Under the pieces are notes generated by a model. That model was not told the origin of the DNA. It made no database searches and saw only the letters and a program-made list of their open reading frames with translations. Made by a program: the position numbers and the translations under genes. Below, one piece after another: positions 28,325 through 37,971 of a DNA stretch of 64,000 bases; position 1 is the stretch's first letter, and every line of letters starts with the position of its first letter. The stretch comes from Dermatophilaceae bacterium (GTDB lineage Bacteria; Actinomycetota; Actinomycetes; Actinomycetales; Dermatophilaceae), in NCBI GenBank assembly GCA_013361975.1, contig JABFXB010000019.1, positions 9,731 through 73,730 of the forward strand. Reading direction: 5' to 3'.

Positions 28325-28639
28325 TCAGCCGGCTCGCTGGCTGAAGACGTCGACGAGCTGGTCAAGCGAGGGCGAGCCGGCCAACCCGTGCGGGGTTGCG
28401 TACAGCCGACAGGCGAGGGCCGGGCTCGCACCCGGCGTCGCGAACGGATCCGCGCCGTCCAACAGGATCGTCGGGGAGCCGGTGAACCACAGGCGGGCCG
28501 CGTCCTCGTCCGAGGTCACGGCCACCAGGTCCACGTGCACCTGCACCCGGGCCAGGACCGCCGCGGCCCTGACCCGCTCGACGGCGGTCTGCCAGCTCGG
28601 GCAGCCGTCGAAGTACATGACCGTCAGGTTCACCATCAT
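28325..28639 (-). CDS. Thioredoxin-fold protein (YFDGCP...GSPTIL...CRLY family)
   Basis: YFDGCPSW, FTGSPTILLDGADPF, LACRLY. Confidence 0.85.
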   Translation of the reverse strand: MMVNLTVMYFDGCPSWQTAVERVRAAAVLARVQVHVDLVAVTSDEDAARLWFTGSPTILLDGADPFATPGASPALACRLYATPHGLAGSPSLDQLVDVFSQRAG

Positions 28640-28688
28640 CACTGCATCTTCGTCACGAGCACCCACCGGCGGATCGCGCATCGGCCGG

Positions 28689-28759
28689 GCGGGCGGTGAG
28701 CGACTGACACGCCACCCACCGCCCGCAGGCTCGGCGGGGACAGCTAGGCCCGCCGAACC
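28689..28759 (-). ncRNA. Candidate two-hairpin structured 5' leader (copy 2)
   Basis: Same two stems as copy 1; both mismatches become G-U pairs on the minus strand. Confidence 0.5.
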
Positions 28760-28827
28760 GTCGGCCGCATCGCCATGCGGCGCCCACAGGATCGGACCGG
28801 GACCCGGCACGAGCGACGTGGTTTTGA

Positions 28828-28836
28828 TGAAGGTTT
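28828..28836 (+). promoter_or_regulatory. CopR-like half-site (also at 26339-26347)
   Basis: gaTGAAGGTTTcgt conserved in both duplicated leaders. Confidence 0.55.
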
Positions 28837-29110
28837 CGTGTCGAGTGTGCACTGGCTGGGATGTCCGCTGCTGTCCAGCAACGCTGCGCACCTGTCGCGA
28901 AGGCGGCTACAGGCCCCGCCGGCCGGTGACGGCGCCGCGTGCAGCTGCCCAGCTGCGTCGAACGCCGGCCGCGGCCACGGGAGCGGCTCAGGGCAGCCCG
29001 CGGGCGGTCTGCCCGGTCGGCAGGGGACTCGCGGCAGCTGCAGTGGCCGCGCCGTGCTTTGGGGAATGGCCGGGTCGGCGTGCGCCGTGTGACGGCGCCG
29101 CTCTGGCCCG

Positions 29111-29130
29111 CTTCCTTCAGCGAACCTTCA
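29111..29130 (-). promoter_or_regulatory. CopR-like box
   Basis: Minus strand TGAAGGTTC-gc-TGAAGGAAG. Confidence 0.75.
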
Positions 29131-29176
29131 CGAGAACTCGAGGGGACGCGCTGGCTGTGCCGCTGATGCTGTCCCC

Positions 29177-29692
29177 ATGCCTGACCGTCACCACGAGCAG
29201 CCCCGCCACGTCCACGCGAACGCGGGTTCGGGCGTTACCGCCATGGAACCGGTGAGCGGCTCGGCCGCACCGTCCGCGACTCCGCCTGCGGGCCGTTCCT
29301 GGCGTTCGGCCGCCACGGCCGTGATCGGGTCGCTCCTCGGCGCGGTCCCGCACGTGCTGCACCACATCGGCCTCCTGGCGGGAGCGGCTGTCCTCGGTGG
29401 CGTGACCGGGAACGCGGTCCTGTACGTCCTCGGCCTCGTCTTCACCGTTCCGCTGCTGCGCAGGCTGCACCGACGCTTCGGCACGTGGGCAGCTCCGGCC
29501 GTCGCGACCGCCGTCTTCACCGGCCTGTTCGCGCTCTCGGCCTTAGTCATCGGGCCCGCGCTCGCCGGGAACAGTGCCGCGGGCACGGGTACGCCGACCC
29601 CCACGGTCAGCGTGGTGTCGGTGCCACCGAGCGCCCCCACTTCTGCCCCCATCTCCGCGCCAACGGATGAGCACGCCGGACATCACCCGTGA
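29177..29692 (+). CDS. His-containing hypothetical membrane protein
   Basis: PHVLHHIG motif, 3 TMs, C-terminal DEHAGHHP. Confidence 0.8.
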   Translation: MPDRHHEQPRHVHANAGSGVTAMEPVSGSAAPSATPPAGRSWRSAATAVIGSLLGAVPHVLHHIGLLAGAAVLGGVTGNAVLYVLGLVFTVPLLRRLHRRFGTWAAPAVATAVFTGLFALSALVIGPALAGNSAAGTGTPTPTVSVVSVPPSAPTSAPISAPTDEHAGHHP

Positions 29693-29901
29693 CGGGGACG
29701 TGGCCCTCGGGCGACGTCCGACGCGACGGCCGAGGCGACGACCGAGGCGACGACCGAGGCCGATGCGTCGCCCGGTCAGGGACGCGAGAGATGGCATTCA
29801 CGGGCCCGGCATGAAGCGCGTCCTGCGCCCCAAGCCGAAGCTGGGACCGTGACCGGCCCACGGCCGCGGGCCAGTCGGGCCAAAGCCCCTGCCTCAACAT
29901 C

Positions 29902-29921
29902 GGATCTTCACCGTTCCTGCC
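29902..29921 (-). promoter_or_regulatory. CopR-like box (one good half-site) upstream of the ABC exporter
   Basis: Minus strand GGCAGGAAC-gg-TGAAGATCC. Confidence 0.5.
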
Positions 29922-30050
29922 CCTGCCGTTGACCGTGGCCGGCGCAGGGTGAAGGTAGCCGATCGGTGCCCGAGTCGACGTCGTGACAGGACGGGCCCGG
30001 CGGGACCGACGAGGCCTGGCAACAGCGGCGCCCCGTGAGAGGGACAGGCG

Positions 30051-30905
30051 ATGACGATGGGTGCTCACGACAACAGTGCAGACGCTGCCCGGCGCGAGGG
30101 CAGCCACCGCTCATGGTCGCGCGCCGGGACCATCCCGAGCCTGCCCGTTCGAGCCGGAGACAGCGACGTGCCCGGAGGCCTGCCACATCCGCGGCGAGTG
30201 CTGACCGTGGAAGGGGTCAGGCGGAGCTTCTCGACCGGGCTGTGGCCGCGACGCCGCCGCATCCAGGTGCTCCGGGGCGCGGACCTCACGGTGGATGCCG
30301 GCGAGGTCGTCGGGCTCGTCGGGGAGAACGGGTCCGGGAAGAGCACCCTGATGAAGGTCATCGTGGGCGCGCTGGCCGCTCAGGCCGGGACGGTCGCCGT
30401 GGCGGGAGCGGTCGGCTACTGCCCGCAGCAGCCGCAGCTCTACCCGCGGCTCACCTGCCGTGAGCACCTGGACCTGTTCGCCGCCGCCTACCGTCTGCCG
30501 CGGTCGCTCCTGACCGCGCGGACCGAGGAGCTCCTGGAGGTGCTGAACTTCGCGCGGTACGCGGACACCCGCGCGGACCGTCTCTCCGGCGGTACCACGG
30601 CCAAGCTGAACCTGTCCCTGGCCCTGCTGCACGACCCGGAGCTCCTGCTCCTGGACGAGCCGTACGCCGGCTTCGACTGGGAGACCTACCAGACCTTCTG
30701 GACCCTCGTAGAGGAGCGCCGCCGCTCAGGGGTGAGCGTGCTCATCGTCAGTCACTTCGTTGCCGACACCGAGAGGTTCGACCGGATCGTGCGTCTCGGG
30801 GACGGACGCACGACATCGTCGACGGTCAGGTCGACACCGTCGCGGGAGACGGCGCCCCAGGCGACGGTTCCCGCGGTGCGCGGGGAGTCAGGAGGTGCGC
30901 GATGA
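30051..30905 (+). CDS. ABC transporter ATP-binding protein
   Basis: GENGSGKS, LSGGT, LLLLDEP, IVSH. Confidence 0.93.
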   Translation: MTMGAHDNSADAARREGSHRSWSRAGTIPSLPVRAGDSDVPGGLPHPRRVLTVEGVRRSFSTGLWPRRRRIQVLRGADLTVDAGEVVGLVGENGSGKSTLMKVIVGALAAQAGTVAVAGAVGYCPQQPQLYPRLTCREHLDLFAAAYRLPRSLLTARTEELLEVLNFARYADTRADRLSGGTTAKLNLSLALLHDPELLLLDEPYAGFDWETYQTFWTLVEERRRSGVSVLIVSHFVADTERFDRIVRLGDGRTTSSTVRSTPSRETAPQATVPAVRGESGGAR

Positions 30906-32689
30906 CCGGGTGCCGCCAGGGTGGCGCCGGCGTCCGGGGCTGGGTCGGGGCGCGTCGCGCAGCGTCGGGCGGGCTCGCCCAGTCAGAACGGCAGAGGCTC
31001 GGGACGGTGCTCGTCTGCTTCGTGCGCGAGGCTGCCCGCGTCCCGGCCACGTGGGTAGTGCTTCTCGTCGTGCCCGTCGTCTTCGTCCGGGTCGCGGCCC
31101 CCACCCTGACCGACGCCGCGCGCATCCTGGCGGGGGCGTCGCAACGGGTACCGGTCGACGCGGTCGCCGCCGGTTGGAGCGCGGCGTTCGTGACCGCGCT
31201 GGCGGGGTTCTTCCAGGTGTTCGAAGGTCGCACGGTTGACCGCCGGCTCGCTCTCGCTGGCCTGCCGGCCCGTTGGGTCACGACCGGGCGCCTCCTGACC
31301 GGGCTGCTGGTCGCCGCGGTCGCGGTGGCGGCGTCGCTCGTCACGTTGCGCGTCAGCAGCACGGGCGCGCTCAGCTCGCGCGCCGTCGCGGCCACGGCCG
31401 CGTCGGCGGTCATCTACCTGGCGGTCGGGCTGGCCGTCGGCGTCATCGCCCGGACCGCGGTCGGGGGCGTGACGACGATCCTGTTCGTGTGGATCCTCGA
31501 CACGTTCTTCGGGCCGGCGATGAATGGGACGACGTCCCCGGTCACCCGGGTGCTGCCGTTGCACTTCGTGACCTTGTGGCTGCTCGAGTCCCCGACGCGG
31601 CACGGGGGGCCGGAGCCATGGCTCGGTGTCGTGGTGTGGGTGCTCACCGCCCTGGTCGTGGCCGCGGCCACGCTGGTGCTGGTCAACGGGCTGCGTCTGC
31701 GCTCGCCTCGACGGCACCGGTGGGCACCGGTCGCACCGTCCACGCCCACCGCGGGCGCCGCGTCCGGATCCGCGACGGGGTCGGCCTCGGACGCGACGCC
31801 GAGTGATGACGCCGGTGGTGCGCCGCACGTGGGTCGTGCTCCCGACTCACCGGCTGCCCGCGTGCAGGTCACGACGGTGCCCCGGCGACCGACGCGGGCC
31901 TCCGCGCGGGTCTACGCCCCGCGCGGGTTGGCGCTGGTGACGGCCGGCGGACGCGACATGGCCCGCACGGCGGCCCTGTGGAGTCTGCTCGTCGTCGTCC
32001 CGGGCGTCTTCATCGTGCTCGCGGCGTGGACGACGCCGCATGGGCGCGAGCCGGTCTCCGTGCTGGAGGCGGGCCGGGTCCAGCAGTGGTGGTTCGACCC
32101 GGCGCTCATCCATGCCGGCACGATGGCGCCGGTCGCGATTGCGGCCCTGTCCATGCTCGTTGGGGTGTACGTCGCTGCGGACACGCGCCCGGGGGACCAG
32201 CGTCTCGCGTGGGCGGGGATGCCCGCGGCGGCGGTCGCGGGGACGCGCGTATTGCTCGCCGCCGGTGCCAGCGTCGCCGTCACGGTCGTGTCGATGGCGG
32301 TGACGGCGGCGCTGTTCACGCCGGCGCGGTGGGGCCCGTACCTCGCGGGCAACGCCCTGCTCGGCGTCACGTACGCGAGCCTTGGTGTCCTCATGGGCGC
32401 CAGGACCGGGCGGGTCACGGGCACGTTCCTCGCGTTCCTGCTGCCGTTCCTGGATGTCGGCTTGACCCAGAGCCCGATGCTGCGAGCGGAACCGCCACTG
32501 TGGGCGAGCCTGCTGCCGGGGTCCGCCCCGACGCGGGTCCTGCTCGATGGCGCGCTCACACCTGGGTTCGATCGCGGCTGGCAGCTGCTGTTCGCGGCCG
32601 CGTGGGCCGTGCTCGCCACGTTGCTCGCTGGTGTGGCCGTCCGGCGTGCCGTTGGGACGCGTCACCACCCACGGGTGCCCGTTCCCTGA
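30902..32689 (+). CDS. ABC-2-type exporter permease (two fused halves)
   Basis: Two internally similar 6-TM units (DRRLALAG / DQRLAWAG) joined by a Pro/Ala linker; ATGA overlap. Confidence 0.82.
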   Translation: MTGCRQGGAGVRGWVGARRAASGGLAQSERQRLGTVLVCFVREAARVPATWVVLLVVPVVFVRVAAPTLTDAARILAGASQRVPVDAVAAGWSAAFVTALAGFFQVFEGRTVDRRLALAGLPARWVTTGRLLTGLLVAAVAVAASLVTLRVSSTGALSSRAVAATAASAVIYLAVGLAVGVIARTAVGGVTTILFVWILDTFFGPAMNGTTSPVTRVLPLHFVTLWLLESPTRHGGPEPWLGVVVWVLTALVVAAATLVLVNGLRLRSPRRHRWAPVAPSTPTAGAASGSATGSASDATPSDDAGGAPHVGRAPDSPAARVQVTTVPRRPTRASARVYAPRGLALVTAGGRDMARTAALWSLLVVVPGVFIVLAAWTTPHGREPVSVLEAGRVQQWWFDPALIHAGTMAPVAIAALSMLVGVYVAADTRPGDQRLAWAGMPAAAVAGTRVLLAAGASVAVTVVSMAVTAALFTPARWGPYLAGNALLGVTYASLGVLMGARTGRVTGTFLAFLLPFLDVGLTQSPMLRAEPPLWASLLPGSAPTRVLLDGALTPGFDRGWQLLFAAAWAVLATLLAGVAVRRAVGTRHHPRVPVP

Positions 32690-32724
32690 CCCTGGACGGG
32701 GTGCGCACCCTGCACCCCCCGACG

Positions 32725-32760
32725 CGGTGACCGCCGAGGACCGCCTCTCGGCGGTCACCG
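32725..32760 (+). terminator. GC-rich hairpin after the ABC operon
   Basis: Perfect 14-bp stem CGGTGACCGCCGAG/CTCGGCGGTCACCG; no U tract. Confidence 0.5.
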
Positions 32761-32982
32761 GCCGGCTTCGGCACCCAGCGCGCCGGTGACGTCACCCCCG
32801 CGGGACCGGCCGCATGTCGGGTCCGCGACAGGACCCTCACCGGGTCGCGGTCGAAACCCCTTGCCATCCGTTGACCATCTTCGTACCGGTTCCGGGTTGA
32901 AGAGGCGGCGCTGAGAGGAACATGTTGGTCAGCGGGCGCTAGCCCTTTCGGGGATCCGACCAGCAGTAGAAGGAGCTCGTTG

Positions 32983-33753
32983 ATGCGCACTCGCGTTCTC
33001 GCCTCGGCCCTCACCGCCGCAGCCCTGGCCATGGTTGCCCCCGCGTCCGCACTGGCAAACCACTCGTGGAGCGGCTACCACTGGGCCCGCACCAGCAACC
33101 CGTTCACCCTGAGGCTCGGTGACAACGTCACGTCCGCGTGGGACTCGAGCCTGACGCTGGCGAGCAGCGACTGGACGAAGTCGTCCGTCCTGGACACGAC
33201 GGTCGTGGCCGGCTCGACCCGACCGAAGACGTGCCGCCCGACGGCCGGACGCGTCGAGGTGTGCAACGCGTCCTATGGCAGCACCGGGTGGCTCGGCATC
33301 GCGTCCATCTCTGTCACCGGCGGCACCCACATCACGCAGGGCACCGTCAAGCTGAATGACACGTACTTCAACACGGCCCAGTACAACACTCCCGCCTGGC
33401 GCAACCTGGTCACCTGCCAGGAGGTCGGTCACACGTTCGGGCTCGCGCACCAGGACGAGAACTTCAACAACGCGAACCTGGGCACCTGCATGGACTACAC
33501 GAACGACCCCAGCTCGAACCAGCACCCGAACCAGCACGACTACGACCAGCTCGTCAGCATCTACAGCCACACCGACAGCACCACCACCGTCGGGGCGGCG
33601 CTGCCCTCCGGGTCATCCGCGGTCTCGGTCGGCAACGACGAGCGCAGCTGGGGACGCCTCGTGGAGGGCTCGCGGTCCGAAGGACACTCCACCCACGTGC
33701 GTGATCTCGGCAACGGCAACCTCGTCATCACGACCGTCACCTGGGCTCGCTGA
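32983..33753 (+). CDS. Secreted metzincin-like protein with variant QExxHxxGxxH motif
   Basis: Signal peptide (ALA-N), CQEVGHTFGLAH, Met-turn CMDY; AAGGAG RBS. Confidence 0.85.
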   Translation: MRTRVLASALTAAALAMVAPASALANHSWSGYHWARTSNPFTLRLGDNVTSAWDSSLTLASSDWTKSSVLDTTVVAGSTRPKTCRPTAGRVEVCNASYGSTGWLGIASISVTGGTHITQGTVKLNDTYFNTAQYNTPAWRNLVTCQEVGHTFGLAHQDENFNNANLGTCMDYTNDPSSNQHPNQHDYDQLVSIYSHTDSTTTVGAALPSGSSAVSVGNDERSWGRLVEGSRSEGHSTHVRDLGNGNLVITTVTWAR

Positions 33754-34151
33754 CCGGCCCAACCACGAGGTTCCCGGCTGCACCCTTGGGCCCGACGCGC
33801 CCGTCGGACCTGTAGCCGCTCGATGCGCTGTCGCAGCGCCCCGCCCCGCCCGGCCCCGCTCCGCCCGCTGCCCTGACCTTGGTCGCTGACTGGGTCATCG
33901 ACGCGCTCGGTCCCGGGGCGGGGTCCGCGGGCGCCGCCTGTGGGATTCGCCCGTGGGCTTCACTCGTGACTTCACCTGTGGGCTTCACGCGCTGGCCTGC
34001 CCGGGGCGCCTTCGACGCGCTGGTCCGTACCGGTCCGTGGGGCGTCGTTCGGCGTCGGGGTGGCAACCGTCGGTCGAGCGTGGCACCCGTGCGGCTACGC
34101 GGTGCGGCTGTGCGGCCCCGCACCGGGCGTGGATGAAGCCGGGGAGCCTGC

Positions 34152-34257
34152 GGGCATGGCTGAAACCCTCGCTGGAGACATCGCTGCAAGGATCGCTCCG
34201 TGACCATCGCTGTAACGAGGCCCTGCTGGGCCAGCCAACGGGGACAGGCTGCTGGAC
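34152..34257 (-). repeat. Non-coding element, inverted copy of 47560-47650
   Basis: Reverse complement shares GTCCAG..GCCTGTCCCCGTTGG..GGCCC.G.AGGGCCTCG.TACAGCGA and CAGCCATGCCC. Confidence 0.85.
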
Positions 34258-34426
34258 TGCAGCGGGCCGCCCGTGCGCGTGGCTGCCGACGGCGCGGCGG
34301 AGCGCACCATCAGCGGCAAATGAGTTCCTGTGGTCGGGCGCACCCTGAAGCCCCAAGAAGCATCGAGTGCGGCTCTGGTGGCATCTAGTGGAGCTTGGAT
34401 CTGCGGACGACACGTAGCCTGACGCG

Positions 34427-34693
34427 ATGAGTGAGTTTGCAGTGCTACTGGATGAAGACGCTGGGACCGTTCGGCCGCGGCGGGTCGTCGATCCGACGGA
34501 AGCACGAGACATTGCACTGACGCTTTTGCAGATCTTTGAGATCCCCGCAGTTGCCAAAGGCGACGACGGCATCACCTTTCCTGACGACATGGACGAACGC
34601 GACGGCGATCTTCAACACGCCATCCTGCGACTGTCTGACCTGCGGTTCCCGCTTAGGGGGAGCCCGCGCGCTCAAGCGCTCGCCTCGGACTGA
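34427..34693 (+). CDS. Hypothetical acidic protein
   Basis: 88-aa ORF with non-shadow composition; no motif recognised. Confidence 0.4.
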   Translation: MSEFAVLLDEDAGTVRPRRVVDPTEARDIALTLLQIFEIPAVAKGDDGITFPDDMDERDGDLQHAILRLSDLRFPLRGSPRAQALASD

Positions 34694-34841
34694 GTCCATC
34701 CTGAGCGCGGCGGATGGATGAGTGCGTTCTCTGGCGTGCGAGAGTGAAATCGGAGAAGGGACTCCGATCGAAGTACTGCGCTGGTGACCTTTCGCAACGG
34801 CCAGCAGCGTGAGCGTGGGGGCGCGGGCGGGGTGGGCGGGG

Positions 34842-35342
34842 TCAGCGGTAGAGGTCGACGGCCCACTCCTCGGGACCGAGCTGCTCGATGAGCCCGTCGG
34901 TGTCGGCGTCCCGGTACTCGTCCTCGATGCGGCCGGCGGCGGCACCTCCGCGGGTTCGGACCCTGACGTGGAAAGTCCCGGTGCCGGCCGAGAAGTCCTC
35001 GAGGCTGACCTGGGCGCCCGCGGAGGTGTTCACCAGGAGCCGGCCGGTGGGCAGCTCCAACGTCGTCGTCAGCACCGTGGTGAACGGTTCACCGGCCGCT
35101 CCGGACGAGGAGGGTTGCGGGTCGAACTCTTGTGCCAGCTCGTCCGCCGTACCGGCCCGGATGAACAGTCGCATCGGGACCAACTCGGCGTGGACATGGA
35201 GCACCAGCTCGGACGCGCTGGCCGTGACGGCACCACCCGGCGGGGGAAGTGCCGGCACGGACGCGTGCCCGCGCAGGGCGCCGTCGAACAGGGTGAGGTA
35301 GCCGCCGCTGGCGCGCAGCGTGGTCTGGGTCGTGTCGGTCAC
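34842..35342 (-). CDS. Hypothetical protein
   Basis: 166-aa ORF with strong GC3 bias; GAGGA RBS. Confidence 0.7.
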   Translation of the reverse strand: MTDTTQTTLRASGGYLTLFDGALRGHASVPALPPPGGAVTASASELVLHVHAELVPMRLFIRAGTADELAQEFDPQPSSSGAAGEPFTTVLTTTLELPTGRLLVNTSAGAQVSLEDFSAGTGTFHVRVRTRGGAAAGRIEDEYRDADTDGLIEQLGPEEWAVDLYR

Positions 35343-35734
35343 TGAGGGTCCTCGCGCAGCTCATCCAAGCACCGGGTCATGGGCGGCAGCGTGACACAGG
35401 CGAACCCCTTGCGCCTTGGCTCGTCGAAGACCTGCGCCACTCGGCACGGGATCCGCAATGACAGCGGCCCGGGACCGAGTCGCATCACTGCGACCGTGCC
35501 CGCCTGGGCAGTCGCATCGGAGGCATGGACACGCAGGCCCGCCTTCTCATGCATCAGCCAGCCCTTCAGATCGCGTGCGGCGCCGTCGAAGTCCCTGCGC
35601 TTCAAGCGCCTCTCGACTTGGAAGTGTCGGTATTCCGATGGGACCTCGGGGGCAGCGGTCCATTCTCTCGCGTACGACAACGGCACAGGTTGCAGGGGCG
35701 CGGCGTCGTCATGGGTGAGCAGCTGGACTGTCAT
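35339..35734 (-). pseudogene. DUF1990-family protein, C-terminally truncated
   Basis: WLMHEKAGLRV...IPCRVAQVFDEPRRKGFACVTLP; the expected GHPExGEE half is missing. Confidence 0.65.
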
Positions 35735-35821
35735 GTCTCCATGGTCTCCGACATGGAAGAAGATCCGAACTGCGGCAGATCCCGACATTCCCGCGCTGAC
35801 GCTGCGGCGGCAGTGAGCCGG

Positions 35822-37051
35822 CTACCCCGCTCGCGGCCCTCGCCGCCTCAGCGCCGGAACGTCCAGCTCTGGGATGGCCCGAAGCAGGAACCGGTCGAAG
35901 TGAGGAACGGTGAAGGCCGCATATCCGTGCTCGGGGGTGTAGAGCAGGCCCATGTTGATGAGTTCGGCGCGGGTGGGTCCCAGGTTCTGTGAGGTGCGAC
36001 CCATGAGGTCGGCGACGTCCGAGGCCTTCTGCGGATCCGGGCCGAGCTGGGCCATCGCTCGCAGGTACGCCCGCTGCAGTTCGGTGGCTCGGTCCAGGCG
36101 CACCCGGAAGAAGGACTCATCCAGCTTGGCCTCGTAGCCTGGCACGGTCAGCGTGAGGTCGTCGCGAGTGATGGTGGGGTTCTGGGCCACGGTCCAGACG
36201 GCGTAGCCGAGCTCTTGGAGGAAGTACGGGTAGCCGCCGGTGATGGCCACTGCCTCGTCGAGGGCCTCGCCAGTGAACGTGACCCCCTCGTCGGCAGCGG
36301 GTCGGGAGAGCGCCGCCTTCGCGTCCTCGGCTGACAGATTGCCGATGGCCGGGAACTTGAACAGGCGCTCGGCGTACGACTTGGCGTCGCCGGCGAGCTC
36401 GGCAATCTGGGGTAGTCCGGCGCCCACCATCGTGATGGGCAACTTCCGCTGCACCATCTTGTGCAGGGCCTCGATGACCGCCTCCAGCTGCGGCTTGCTC
36501 AGGAACTGGACCTCATCAAGGAGCAGGACGACCCCGCGGCGGCGCTCGGCAGCCGCCTCTCCGATGGCGAGGAACACGTCGGTGAGGTCGAGGGCCAGGT
36601 TGGCGTGGTCGGCGAACCCTTCCGCCGCCTCGACGTCCAGCCCAGCCGACCAGCCCCCCGCGGCGTCGACACTGACGGTGAAGGACTTGAGGACGGCGGC
36701 GGCGTGCTTGAAGCGGTCCGTCCACCGGGCCTTCGGGGACAGCTCGAAGAGTGCGGTGCGCAACCTTGTCGCCAAGTCACGTCGGAACTCCGAGTCGTCG
36801 TTCTTGCTCACCTCCAGCTCGAGGACGACCCACTCCCTGGCCAGCGCCTTGCTGCGGAACTGGCCCAGCAAGACGGTCTTGCCGACCCCGCGGAGCCCAG
36901 TGATGATCATGGATTGCTCGGTGCGGCCGGACTCGATGCGGGCCAGCAGAAGGTCGAATGAGCTGAGCTGGTCGTCACGGCCGACGACCGCCTGGGGCTC
37001 GGCTCCGGCATTCGGGGTGTAAGGGTTGGTCAGCGCCTGCACAACCGACAC
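35822..37051 (-). CDS. AAA/STAND-like P-loop ATPase with C-terminal winged HTH
   Basis: NPYTPNAG..VGRD, GLRGVGKT, LLLDEVQ, TGGYPYFLQ. Confidence 0.9.
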   Translation of the reverse strand: MSVVQALTNPYTPNAGAEPQAVVGRDDQLSSFDLLLARIESGRTEQSMIITGLRGVGKTVLLGQFRSKALAREWVVLELEVSKNDDSEFRRDLATRLRTALFELSPKARWTDRFKHAAAVLKSFTVSVDAAGGWSAGLDVEAAEGFADHANLALDLTDVFLAIGEAAAERRRGVVLLLDEVQFLSKPQLEAVIEALHKMVQRKLPITMVGAGLPQIAELAGDAKSYAERLFKFPAIGNLSAEDAKAALSRPAADEGVTFTGEALDEAVAITGGYPYFLQELGYAVWTVAQNPTITRDDLTLTVPGYEAKLDESFFRVRLDRATELQRAYLRAMAQLGPDPQKASDVADLMGRTSQNLGPTRAELINMGLLYTPEHGYAAFTVPHFDRFLLRAIPELDVPALRRRGPRAG

Positions 37052-37109
37052 GTTACAGGTTTTAGGGCGCTTTACCTGTTCGTAGTAAAACCCTCTAAAA
37101 CAGATAACG
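37051..37109. promoter_or_regulatory. AT-rich imperfect palindrome at the ATPase start (putative operator)
   Basis: CGTTA..GTTTTAG..TTTAC / GTAAA..CTAAAAC..TAACG. Confidence 0.5.
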
Positions 37110-37415
37110 CGTCCGCTGGAGCCGCCGAGAGCGGCGGGCAGCTCACGTCCGCTTCTCGGCTACTTAGAGAATGGGGTCAGGTTCTGGCCTGGCCGGGCTG
37201 GGGCTTAGGTGCCTGAGGTTGTCGCTCTCATTTCGGCTGCCCATCGTTCGCGGTGTGGCTCGCACATGGCCTGCGCAGCCTCGGGCATCGCTAGGGCCGG
37301 GAGAGGCTCAAGAGAGGAATGCGCTGCCTGAAGTAGCGGTGCCCTCCCGACCGTGCACTAACGCTGACCCGGGCCGCGCCGGCGCCACCAGCCGATCTCA
37401 TCGCGTCACTTCAGG

Positions 37416-37850
37416 TCAGGCGCTTTTCAGCCATACGCCGGAGCCTGCCGGGTCGTCGACGTCCACCGCCGGATGCGACTGGACCAGGGCCCGCCGGATC
37501 TGGGCGTACTCGTCGACGTCGATGTCACCTCGAGCCAGCCGGTCCTGCAGGGCCGACAACGCGTCGCCCGAACTGATCATCGTGGCCCGTACGGTCTCCG
37601 ACGTCTCCGACGCCCGCGGGCCGGTTCCCACCCCGCCGGGGCGGGTGGCTGGCGCGGGACCTCGCTCCTCACCCCCGTTCCGCTGGAGCGGGTGGAGCTG
37701 GCGGCGGCGCCGTCGCCGAGCCCGCAGACGGTGCGACGGTGCCAGCACCTCGCGTACGGCCACCGCCACCAGAAGCCAGAAGGCGACGGTGACTACCACC
37801 ATCAGCAGCCACATCCCGGCGCCCAGCCCCAACCCTGTGTCCCACATCAT
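37416..37850 (-). CDS. SHOCT-domain membrane protein 2
   Basis: MMWDTGLGLGAGMWLLM TM segment; LQDRLARGDIDVDEY; paralog of 6390-6722. Confidence 0.85.
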   Translation of the reverse strand: MMWDTGLGLGAGMWLLMVVVTVAFWLLVAVAVREVLAPSHRLRARRRRRRQLHPLQRNGGEERGPAPATRPGGVGTGPRASETSETVRATMISSGDALSALQDRLARGDIDVDEYAQIRRALVQSHPAVDVDDPAGSGVWLKSA

Positions 37851-37895
37851 GGGTCCAGCGTGTGCCGCACCCGTCACGATCACCCGTGGGCTCCG

Positions 37896-37915
37896 TGAAG
37901 ATCTGACGAAGAAGC
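37896..37915 (+). promoter_or_regulatory. CopR-like box
   Basis: TGAAGATCT-ga-CGAAGAAGC between divergent SHOCT2 and regulator 2. Confidence 0.75.
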
Positions 37916-37971
37916 CCACCGAAGGGCCGGTCCCGAACTGTGAAGCCGTCCGAGCAGGCCACACTGGGGAC

